From Catajapyx aquilonaris (Eukaryota), in contig KZ538308.1 in the NCBI GenBank assembly GCA_000934665.2, positions 62,001 through 84,992 on the forward strand: a DNA stretch of 22,992 bases, read 5' to 3'. Numbering within the stretch: position 1 is the first letter of the stretch; each line of letters opens with the position of its first letter. Below are positions 1 through 11,900 of the stretch, one piece after another. The notes beneath the pieces are model-generated. The model saw only the letters and a list, made by a program, of their open reading frames with translations. It searched no databases and was not told the origin of the DNA. Made by a program: the position numbers and the translations under genes.

Positions 1-296
1 GGTACAGAGACAGTTATTGGCGTCAGAGAAGTGGGCCAATTAATTATTCCATTACTTTGCACTTTTGTGCCCACTTCTCTCATTCATTTCATATCCATTT
101 CTTTTTGAAATTCATCCAATTTGTTACGTTACAGCAACTGCAGCCTTTTCATTATTTTTTTAAAAGTGTAACTGCACCCGTATGCTGGAAATTCTCTGTG
201 TACTTTTTCGTAATGAAATTAGCCTCTGAATTTAGCAAAATATGTTTGAGACAATTATCTTATCTAAACACAATCTAATCAGAGTGACAGGTAGTA

Positions 297-900
297 CAGT
301 ACTCCCCAACATCCTTGGGCGACGTCAGTGAACCTGCTAACATTGCAATGTCACGGGGCACTTTCAAGGACCCTTTATGTGTCATGCACAGTAGCCTCGT
401 ACTTTAAGGGGCTTCTGATGAATCATGCCTGAACCTTACACATATGTGGAAAAAAATTACATTCTAGGAGAATCTGAGGCTGTTATGTCTGGCGTCAACT
501 GTGTTCGCTTTGTTGAATTTCAAATTTAGTGACAGGGATCGGCATTTTGGACTTAATTTTTAGACCAAAAACCCCCATGCAAATCAGTCATCATCACAAG
601 GCATTAATACTCACACCCATGGAGAAATCCCCTCCTCATCCACTCATTATCCACTCACTACTTTTCTACTGCTGGATCTCCCTTGCCCACATAACCCTTT
701 TGCCCTCTCGACATTCTATTATTCTTACACCAACCAATGGGATTTCAGTTTTCCTTCACAGGTCTATTACCAAGTACCTATTGTGCCTCTACTTCCTTGG
801 ATTATTACAACCCACGGATAAACCAAACCCTATATAATATACATTTTTATGCATAATACCTATGATAAGTTTAATTGAAATATGACACACATTCAGATAT
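297..900 (+). mobile_element. Tigger/pogo-like DNA transposon remnant (297-348 and 804-900) split by a ~455-bp insert
   Basis: TA|CAGTACTCCCC...ATCC terminus at 297 and CCACGGATA-AACCCTATATA...ATACCTATGATAAGTTTAATT at 812-876 resemble, from memory, consecutive parts of the MER44/Tigger7 end. Not verified by search. Confidence 0.5.
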
Positions 901-1004
901 CAGCAGAAACACTAAAAAACTGTTATGTAGGTTTACCAATGCTTGAGTGTTACAAGTAAGTTTATTTTACCCTAATTGTGCTCACATTGGTACTTTCCTT
1001 GCAG

Positions 1005-1771
1005 CTCTGGTAGTGGGATTCATCTTGACACTGAGCAGCTATTGCTTTCTTAGTTGCCTGGCAGCTTTCTTCTTCACTTCATCTAAGGCCACCCGATTCC
1101 GTTCTCACCTCAAGCGACGGTTTGACTCCGAGTTTCGGGAAGGGGGCCAGCGTAACTGGATCCAGGTCCTGTGTAACGGATGTGTTGCAACTCAACTTGC
1201 CTTAATATACATGATTGACTCTGGGTGCGGAGAGCGGCCAGTTGACTTTGCACGTGATTATCGGGCATCTTGGCTGGGACTTGGGATACTCGGGGCCATC
1301 TCATGCAGCTGTGGAGACACCTGGGCTTCTGAACTTGGGTCAGTTGTGGGCCAAAGTGACCCATGGTTGATCACCACAGGTCACAGGGTACCACGAGGCA
1401 CCAATGGAGGGGTGTCGCCTTTTGGATTGGTGCTCAGTTTTGCTGGCGGTGCATTTGTTGGTGCCAGCTACTACGTTGCAGTGCTGTATTCAACAGATAC
1501 AGTGCACCTTCAGTTAGCGCCACCTCAGTGGCCCTTGGTGGTGATTGGTGGTGTTGGTGGGCTTGTTGGGAGCCTTGTGGACTCTGTTCTTGGAGCCACG
1601 TGCCAGTTCTCAGGGGTGGACCTGCAGACAGGGGCTGTCGTCGAAAGAAACAGCCCAAAAGTGAAGCACATTAGTGGGGTTGGAATGTTGGATAACCACA
1701 GTGTTAACCTTTTGTCAAGTGTTATCACTGCATTCCTTCTCCCTCGATTTGCAATGGTGGTGTGGCCTTAA
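1005..1771 (+). CDS. TMEM19: Transmembrane protein 19 (DUF92 family), terminal coding exon (~254 aa); upstream exons lie outside the window
   Basis: Acceptor tactttccttgcag| ends at 1004. Translation has LVVGFILT, EGGQRNWIQVLCNG, GDTWASELG, VPRGTNGGVS, GSLVDSVLGATCQFSG and LDNHSVN, typical of TMEM19/DUF92. Stop TAA 1769-1771. The ORF-track start at 947 is intronic. Confidence 0.95.
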
Positions 1772-2752
1772 AAATCATTTTAAAATTGCCTTGGGAGCAA
1801 TAATTTTTTTTTTGCCAGTCAGATACTCATTGATATTTTCTCTTGTTGATGGGTTAATATTTCAAGGGCCTTGATCATGTTCAGGCAATAATTGAATTTG
1901 CACTGGAGTAGTATGGCTAAAAACATATAAGCAGCCAGTTATTTTGGCAGGTAAATGTGACCATTAAAAATCATAATTCTATTTTCTTTTTCATATAATA
2001 ACCTTTTAAATATCTCATGTTGAAATGTGTTGTTTTAGTTAATAAGTGGAGTTAATCTGCATCTCCTTCATTACTGACTACCTCTTACAGAAAAAGTGTC
2101 ACAATGTTGAAATACATGTTGAGTTTTGGGATCCAGAATCATGCAAATCTTGGCTCCTACACTGTTGTTAGTTATGCAACATAGTAGACAAAAACCAAAT
2201 GGATTGAAAATTCATGTTACTGCCAAGTGCTGGACTGGAACACGATTTGTAACAGCGCATAGTTTTTCCATGCCACTCCTGTGCAGATGCTGTTGTGGCA
2301 TAATATTCATTAACTTCTAATGTAACTTTTATACTGAACAGCCCCTACAATATTGTTGATTAATTCTGTACAAAGATGCGACTAACTCATGGGTTGTGTG
2401 GCCCAAAAGCTTTGAGCGAGTAGCTGGCTGACGAGGATTCACATGTACGTGCAATACGAAATGGGTCTGGAAGTAAGGCTGATTTTCTATCTGATAGCTG
2501 TCCTATCTGTGATCAATACATCCTTCTATTTGAAAATAACCTGGAAAGGATTATATTTGTTACTAAATAAAAACACCTTTTCATGTCTATATACAGCGTT
2601 GTTGTTTTACTTAGATTCCCAAGTTATCACAATTTTGATTAGGCTTGTTAATATAATCTCCCCCCAATAAGCAATACTATAAATTACACAGATTCCAATC
2701 CCATCCACGTAGAAACAATGGCACTCGGGATTGGAACAAATACATTTCTCAA

Positions 2753-2975
2753 TTAATGTCCGTTAAATCCATTGAAATTGGTGATGGTAGGCATCCCTCC
2801 GTTCTCGATGTTGGAAGCTGGGGGCGCAAGGAAGGAGAGTGATCCCGAGTCTTCCTTCCTGAACTCCGGCCCTTGAACGGATGGGTTACTCTCTATTCGG
2901 ATTGATTTGCTCTTCTTGCCAAGCATGCATTGGATCTGGGATCCAACCAGTACTCTGAGGTTGCGATGCTGGGAC
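2753..2975 (-). CDS. Myo1D: Myo1D exon 11 (end of TH1 plus C-terminal extension, stop TAA)
   Basis: gtcttccgcag| [10 protein letters not shown]...IQCMLGKK...PEFRK...NGFNGH*. Confidence 0.88.
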
Positions 2976-5900
2976 CTGCGGAAGACAATAATTTTTGACA
3001 TGTGCAAAATTAGTGACTGCTCGTTTCAGTGTAGCGCCATGCCCAAGGAACAGTTCCAATCAGATATATTCAGACTTGTATTGTCAGCAAGAGAAAAACT
3101 TGGTATTTCATATATTTCCACACATTATAGAACGGTGCTATAACCGCACTTTGGATCAAAATTACTGATATTCAACCTGGAAAACGCTTGAAAAATATAT
3201 ACAATAATAATTAAAACTTACATCTGGTATAAGTGACAGAGGACACCAACTAATTCTCCAACCCGGTTTGCGCTGGTTTGTGTCAAGCTGGTCAAGGCAA
3301 AGACAAGGTCATTTCCTCCTTTCAGGTGGATGGCCACCAGTTGATCCATACCAGGACTCACACTGACTCCAGTCACCTAAAAAATAGTTCATTGATAACT
3401 CTGCAATGCTTTTTAAAATATGCAACTCTTACATCGTGAATGGGTATCCCATTCCTGAGGGATTTGAACTTTTTGCAGTCAAGCTTGTAGATGAGCCTGT
3501 CAGTGATCAGAAGTGCTCTCGGACTGCTCTGATTGTGACGGTTCACCTTCTTGACTGCCGAGGAGAACATGACCCTGGTGAACTTGTCATGGTTCCTCAG
3601 GCTGGTTACACTTGTCACGAAGTCAGATGTGTTGGGGTTTTCCTTGCCTGAGGACAGGTAATTGCCCTCCCACCGACTCTTTTGGCCCCAGGAAGAACGG
3701 CGGCCATTCAGGGACTCCCAGGCGCAGATCTGGAAGAGATAATTTCCAGGTATGAGAGGCGTTCACCTTCACGTGTCCAAATTAAACCCACATTCTTTGA
3801 ACGTGCTGTTTCTCTGTAGCCAGAACTAAACCAGAGACTACAAAATACAGCAAAATAACTACAAAAGAGCAATGTTAGCTTCATCTAGGCCAGTAATTCT
3901 CAAATTGTCTGACCCATTTAGGCAGAGCCCATATTCTGCATTATTGTCCTGTCAGAAGCAAAAGTAAAGAAATCATCGCACTGTAGGATAATTCGCATGT
4001 GCCAGATGACACACTTGCAGAATCACCGAAAATGAGGAACAAACAGAACCAATGAGTTGGCCTGCCTCAGTATGCAGTGAATTTATAAATTATTACGAAA
4101 TATCAAACTTGGAAAGCCATTTCGTAGCAGATAACTTCTGGAAGTTGAACCACTGACCTTGAGCCTGAGTTGCGGCCAGTCCTGGGTAGGCACCTTCCTA
4201 AGTACCATCCATGCCCTCCACTTGGTGTGTACTCTCTTGAAGTAGGGCTCCGCCAGTCGAGCCACTAGTGGAGGTGAAGGCCACGGGACAGACTTGCCTA
4301 GGTCGCTCATGAACTGAACCCTATGGAAGGATCTCTGCAGTTGCTGCATATACGCCCTGGCCTTTTGCTGGCGGTACCAGCGGAGGATCCTGCGAGCTGC
4401 AAGCATCCGACGGTATCTCCTTCGACATAGAGTTCCTCTCCACAGTTTCTGAAGGAAAATGGCTATTCCAGGGATAAGGTTGCTGCGAGCCTGCTCCAGC
4501 ATGAAGAGGGTTCTGGGAGAGCGGATGAATATCTTGGTGTTTCCATACACCACATCTTTAGTGAATCCCTGCTCGTCAATTACAATGCGAGTCCCATCTT
4601 TGTCTGAACCACCATGGAAGTTGGGCCAGGTGAACTGTGATATCATCTTGTACCTGTATCCAAGTACAATGAAGCAATAATTAGAAGCAGAAATATAATT
4701 TCAATATTTCAAGCCATTGGCACTCCGAATGTATGCATGTTAAAGTAATATGAGCTTATACATACTCGCAATACAGTACTCGACTACTAATATACTGTAG
4801 CACCTTCTTTCTTTAAGGTTGAATATTTATTTCACAAGTACATGTCGAAAGAAATTACTGCACCTTCTGAGGAAGCGATCGTAGCTCTGCCTGTAAGCAA
4901 ATCCTGCTCGCCTGACCCGGACATTCTCAATGAGACCCAGGTAGCTGACTTGGTGCCTGATCCTTTGTTCGTCAAACACTGAAGGCGACTTCTGGTCATT
5001 GGGTTTGATGCATCTGACGTAGTGTGGCTCCTTGCTCCCCAGGTTCTTCACCAGGGCAACCATGGAGTTCTTGAAGAGTGTGCCTGCTGTTTGCGGCCTC
5101 TTTGTCACCTGGGTCACATGCTGGGCTCCGTCAGGCCACATCTCACGTATGAAAGCATTGCGAGAACCATACAGCAAGCGTTTCAAGTCCTGGAACAGCT
5201 GGTCCTTGTTCTTGTCCAAGAAGCCATTTACATTGTACACTACATCCCCAGCATAGTGGCGCACTTTGAACTCCTCTCCATGGCGGAGGTCTTTGTCCAG
5301 CGGAGTCAGTTTCCTGCAGGGGTGAATGGTTTTAATGGCAGTCCTTACACCAGTTGAATCTTATGCTACAAAATGTGCACACTGACTCCTTCAGTTTCAA
5401 TAAAAAGTGCAGTCAATTTAATGTACTGGTAATGGCAAAAGTACCGGTACTGCAGTACTTAAGATTTTGAATTAGTAAAAAATGTAGAGTAAATATGAAC
5501 ATGAATTATACGCCCCTGTACTTTCACAATGAAGGCAAAATCCCTTTCATCGCTATTCTTTGCAAAACTCTGCAGTTTTAGTGAGGTAAAGATTCTACCT
5601 AGATGTGTAGTGGGCATGTTTGTCAAGCTTCCGATCAAGTGCTTCCAGCAGCATCTCGTCAGTCACCTTTCCAACATTGAGGCAGGCCTCATCCATGATT
5701 GCCAAGATGCCCTTGTGCGGCTGCTCCACCAGCTCGCATATGATTTGATTGTTGAAGTAGTCCACATTCTGCCAGGCAATCCCTTCCCTTCTGTACTCTT
5801 CTTGCTCCTGCTTCAGAACCAGCTCGATGAAGAGCTGCTGCAGCTTTTCATTGCAATAATTGATGCAGAACTGCTCAAAGCTGTTACGCTCAAATATCTC

Positions 5901-8900
5901 AAATCCGTAGATGTCGAGGACGCCAATCACTGTCGAATTGTAGGAAGGCTTGCGGCCTTCTGTTGTCACATCAATGGCACTGTTGACTTGCTGTACTATC
6001 CATGAGAACATGCGGTCATATATTGCCTGTGGAACAAGTATCAATTACTTTCATACCATTCAATTCACAACAAGAATTTTCCTAATCACGTGAGACCACC
6101 CAGACTGTATTACTTGGTGTTACCTTGGCAAGAGCATCTCGCCCATATACGGCTTCCGGGACAGTGTGACACTTCTCCAGCACCTCTCCCCTGGCAGCAA
6201 TGACCCTCTGGCACAACGCCTTGTTCAGCTCCTCCTTTGTCACTTCCAGAAGTGACGCCACATCTGTCAGCATTCGTTGGTCCACCACACTTGCTTCATC
6301 TCCATCTTCTTTGAAATTGACATTTCCCTGCGAGGCAAGATAGCATCAGTACCATGACTTGTATCAAACTTATCAAGAGTCTTACCAGGTGAAGAGTTGC
6401 AGCCACCACTTTCCAGATGGTGTCCACTGCTTCCTGTGGGAATCCAAGCACCTTGAAGGCTGACATCACACTCTTATAGTCCGCCCGGTCACTGATGGTG
6501 TCCACTTTGGACACCCCTCCCTGCTTGATATAGTGGTAGCAGGACCCATCTCTCTTCAGCTTGACTTTGGACAATTCTGAATCTGGAGATCCTAGAAGCA
6601 GCTGGTAGAAAGAGTGGAAGTTGCGCTCTCCAGGCTGCTGGAGAACGACCCTTGACTTCTCCAGCAGATAGTTGTTAATGTGGCCACCTATTGGGTCACC
6701 CTTGAAGTCAAAGTTGATGTCCATGTACTTCCCAAATCGGGATGAATTGTCATTTCGGTTGGTCTTGGCATTCCCAAATGCCTCTAAGATTGCATTTGAC
6801 TGAAGAAGGACATTCTTCACTCTGGAAAATAATCACTATTCAGTTAATCTGCTCCACATCATTTGCCTACAAACTATTTGCACATTACATTAAGTGAAAT
6901 TTGGTATTTGGTTTCATCAATTATTTAAAAATACTGGCAGCATAACTACATTTGGCATATACATTGCAATATTTGTATGACTTCCCTTAACCTACCTTTC
7001 AATTTCTTGCTGACCGCTCACGTTGGTAACAGCAGCAATGTACCGCATAATAATTTTTGAAGCTTCCGTCTTGCCACTCCCAGACTCTCCGCTGATTACA
7101 ATGCACGTGTCTTTACCTCTCCGCTTCATGGCTTTGTAAGCTGAATCCGCAATTGCAAATATGTGCGGAGGCCGCTCAAATATTTCTCTTCCTGGAAAGA
7201 ATAACCAGGATGTGTTAATTTCAGCCCAAAGCATCCGTCTCTGAAGAAGACTTACCTTTGTATTGGTTAACATAGTCTGGTCCATATATGTTCACTGTCC
7301 TGTACGGATTGACCGAAACGCACACTTCACCAATGTAGGTGTATATTTTCCCACCGTTGTACCTGAAAGAGAAGCAGTATTCGGTTAATAAACATCTAGG
7401 CAGTTTTAAAAAAAAAACTATACCAATAAGCACATTCCTAAATCTGGAAAGTCTCAACCAGTCCCAACTTTTTTGAGCACCGCGTAAAAGGTTGTAGCGC
7501 ATCAGGATTTATTTATACAGAGTTCTGGGAAGACTGCAACTTCCGGACAATTCACATGACATATGTCAGTCACGGTCTGTTATGGTATTCAGGAAGCCGC
7601 GAATTTTTTGCCCTCTTCACTGACGGGACTGTTATACTCTCAAGAACCGTAGACAGATATATCTCCAGGAATCTTACTCCACACCAACAATAACAGAATC
7701 TCATAACTCAATCTTGACATCCCGCAAGGTCAAATCAATCATCAATCTCATCATGTGTGACTGTTGTCTGGACCTATCAAAGTTCATTCGACTTATCTTC
7801 AATGATTTTTTTTTCCTCTTACTCTCAATTGGAACCTCCTTATAAGACACTGTGTAGCTCATCTAATCAATGCCTGATGAGACATCCCGTTTGGTAATTA
7901 CGCCAGAAAATTCGTAAGGGAAGAAACAAATCGGCGTGTCCATTTTTGACATCCAGTGAATCTAACGGTCCGTTCCGTCAAAAAGTGTACGGTACCAAAA
8001 CAAATCACTTTTAAGTAAATATTTACAACCTGCTTAGTTAGCACCCTCTTTTTCCGGTGTCATAAAACTGGAAATGCCAAAGCGTCAGGTCATTACCTTA
8101 TCGATTCTTGGAAATTCCCTCGTCCCCACCCTTTTTAGCTGAATCTGGACATTAAAGTGGACATTAGAGAAGCCTTTTTCGCATTGGGAGTGATGTCATC
8201 CGTGGGATGGGAATTTGCATTAGGGTGAGAGCTTTTTCCAATGGTTTGAAAAGGGGGGGAAAGACGGATGTGTAATGCGATAGAGGTTGATGAGTTTAGC
8301 ACTTGAGGCTGATTACACTTGGGGAAAAGTTGCAGCCCTTCAAAACATTTCGGAGACGTGGGGGGTGCAAACACAGTTGGGGGTACGAAACACATGTGTA
8401 TCGGGCAGTGTGTTCACCCCAGCAAAGTTGCTCTTGATTCATATTTACTCTGTACACATCAGGCCACCTTGCACTTGAGCAAACCCCATGCGTGTCACAC
8501 ACTGCCCATTTTTAAATATGTTTTGCAGCCTCAGACCACGCCATGTCCAAAATAATTACAGCTGCAGTGCAAAAACAAGTACGGAGAGCTGTGTAATTGT
8601 TATTGTTTCGGCCTTCACGGCGGTTCACATGCAGTCTCCGTTTCTCTCTCTTACAATTCCCACACTTGCACGCGTTGTTACCGGATTCTCTTCATTATTC
8701 AGCAGCCACATGTGCACGGATTGATTATGGCCGTGACGTATTCGGCATTGTGAAAGTAATGTGCATACCCACATCGACAGTATGGCCCTGGTATGGCCAA
8801 CTGAGTGCACGGGATCCACCTGTGACAAATTGTACTGTTTGTTCCTGGCACACTGGCTTCGAAGGTTGCAATTGTATGATAACACACATACCGTGAATCA

Positions 8901-11900
8901 GTTTTTCCTCTGAAAACCCGATTTTTTTTGCTCTCAGAGGAACAAAACCATGTTTTGAGCACAAGCTATTGAACTGCATCCTCGGCAATGTATTTTTTTT
9001 TCTTCTTCACCAATAATAATTCCATTACTAATTTTTACTGCTGTTTACACTAATGGATCGTCACTACGTCTCCACACTGTACAATTAGCTCCAAATATTA
9101 CTCCCAACACTTTAAACTCCCAGGCTAAACCGGTTCACACATATAGATATTTAATGTTTCCTTCCCCCCAAACAATCCCGTGCCACACCGGGGCAACCGT
9201 GCAAAAACCGGGCCTTAGGCACCCATTAAGTTTGAGATAAGCATCAGCTATGGAGATGTCGGAATGTGGTTTTGAACCACCCCACCTCTACAGCCCATGA
9301 CCCGGCCCGTCAACCCTCTTCCTTCCTCTGGACATGCAAAGCTAAAAGCACGCAGAGCGGAAAGGCAGGAAATGCGAATATTTTTTTTTCTACCCAACAT
9401 CCACGAGGCAAAGCGGACCAATAGCAACGGGGGGTAAAACAGCCAAATCTGCATAGGACCCCCCAGACCATAATAATAGAAACCCCACCCAGTCCAGACC
9501 ATCCTTAGGCGCCTATTAAGCATTTAAATGATCCCGGGCGTTGTTTGGCTTAGCTGGCCACACCCTGCCTTCTTTTGTGTCTGGATGTGAATGACCTAAG
9601 AATCGACGACTTACGACGGTAATGTCCGTCAAAACGCAAACTTCCACACGTTACGTAAGCACCAACTTCCCTTTCTCTTAAACGGAAAATGACTCGGCCG
9701 CAAGGTAATCATTTATGGTCAACCCTTTCCCTTTAACCTACATACGTACTTAGCGCCACTTCGTACGACTATTGACAAGGACTAGGTCTTAGGACCGTTT
9801 CAAGGAGAAGCGATAATATGTCTCCTAATAGGCGTCTGATGTTTGTCCGACCTGATAGTATTGCTATATCTCGCAAGACCTGAGGGTGGCAGGAGTGTGC
9901 AGATGAGTATGCGCCATCTATGAGCGTAGAATAGTACTACGTGGTAAATCCTTGGGTAAATCGGCAGGCAATCTCATTTTTGGCAACGGGTTCACTACTA
10001 GTCCTCAATATTTAACTTGATTAAGCCATACATATTTCAGGATCATCATAGAATTAGCAACAACTAAAATAATTGCTCACAAAACGGTGGTGCCAATAAG
10101 GCTCTAAAACTAGAGTGATGGTCTGTTCGGTTCAAGTACAGTTTTTCGGTCGATAAATCACGCATGTAGACCACTTTACAGAAATTTGCTGGAAAAAAAG
10201 ACTCCTTCAATGCCACCATTGTTTTCTAAAACTCTTACCCAACGGAACACAAGTACCGCAAGTGCGCCGTGGATATATATTTAAAAAAAACTCGTTAGGG
10301 CCAGACCACATTTATGTGTCAATATTTACTACTTTCGCAGACTGAGTGTCAACCCAAACAGGGTCAATAGATCACAGAGGAGACAAATACCAACAAATCA
10401 GTCAAGTAGCTGGTTGGAGGAACGAATCGGCTTGAAAGCACACTAATTTGTGGAAGCTGGCGTGACTAAATGGCCGTTTGTCCACACTTCACATTGCAGC
10501 AGAATTTTGTCCCTTGACAGGCGCCAACGGGCGCCAAGCTATCCCCCTACAATGTATATGGCGCCTGTCTACACTACAGGGTGGCGCATTACCCAAATCC
10601 ACACTTCCAATCTGGAAGAAAAACGACGAATTGTGTCCAGCAACCAGCAACTAGATGTACTCAACATTCACTTTCAGCTGTAACTTGCTATGGTAAACAA
10701 CACATTTTCTCCCCCCACATTTCCTCCCCATGAATTTGGGACAATGCACCATCCTGTATGTGCAATGTCCCCCTCTCCCTCCAAGGATCGATCATAATGT
10801 CTTTTCCCCTCTCTCTGCAAAGCACATGCCTTCCATCTTCTAGGGGTCTTTTATAATTGGGCAGATTGGGCCAAGTGACCACGCACAATGTTGCCTAACT
10901 TATGTTTCGCCAACTTCATGGTCCAATAAATGGTCGGACGAAACACACAGTTTTTTTAACTTGACCTTCATTAATTGGGGCCACGCACTTTTACGTCGGT
11001 ACTAGTGGTGGAAGGTTAAGAAGTTAAAAAAAAATAGTAATCCTGGTCCAGTTTAGTGAAAGGGAGTGTAACACTCTGTACATTATCTTTGAAATGTATG
11101 ACCTGCATCCTTCGAGAGGGGATGCTGAACGTGACCTAGTGCCCATTTCTGGCTTTGGTTACCAAATTGTTGCCCCAAGTTTCCCTCCAGATGCCCAAAA
11201 TAGCAAAGAAGCTTCCTGCTGAGCTGCTGGAATGGCATGCACCATATTCTTTTTTTTTTGTTACATTAGGTTGCAAAGTTGCTGCATTATCTAATCGGGA
11301 CGGCTCTTGGTACGTACAGCATAATCTCATGATAGTGTTGCTTTCAAGTACAGCTAATCAGCACTATATTATAGCTAGCCAGAACATTCGCATAAATATT
11401 TTACATTCAAATAGTAATAAATAAATATTCATCCACCATTTCATTCTCCACATATCAATCCACACACACATCAAAAATAACATTACAAAATCATGACCTT
11501 TGCACCATGCCAACCATAACAATCGATTTGGTTCACTATTTCGGCCTACTATTTCGACGTGCGCAATTTTTCCTCCCAAAAAAAAAATAAATTGCAGGTG
11601 GGGCCCAATTCCCTCCGCATACCTGGTGAAAGTGACTCTGATCATCATCATTGATAAGAGAAGGATCGAAGTTTCAGGGTGTAACGAACCCAAAGCACGG
11701 CCACAAAAAAGGTATGGGGTGATGCACGTGTCATGATGTCAGAATATCCTGACCTTCTCCAGACCCATTTGCCTACTTTCAGAAAAATATAAATTACTCG
11801 CAACCCTTTTCAACTTGCGACATGTCCAAACATTTTCTTGCCCTCCTTAAGGCTGGCCTAAGTGGAGGACTCGATGGTAAGCAAGACAGAGGGATAGAGA

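Noticed and set aside
745..837. Strong acceptor ttttccttcacag at 760 and ORF 529-837 as a TMEM19 exon
   Set aside because: No recognisable TMEM19 sequence follows, and it lies within a putative TE insert.
4459..6005. Plus-strand ORFs opposite Myo1D exons (and similar ones opposite VPS13D and TMEM19)
   Set aside because: Antisense shadows of real coding exons with no independent homology.
8097..8140. Minus-strand donor AAG|gtaatg as another Myo1D first exon
   Set aside because: The phase-2 frame has a stop 13 codons upstream and no ATG; at most non-coding.
8135..9523. Overlapping short ORFs on both strands and a 9-bp inverted repeat (8905-8942)
   Set aside because: No recognisable protein motifs, TIR pair or TSD; probably decayed repeat or chance.
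9689..9710. Plus-strand ATG...CAAG|gtaatc as the first exon of a nested antisense gene
   Set aside because: I could not assemble any downstream coding exon.
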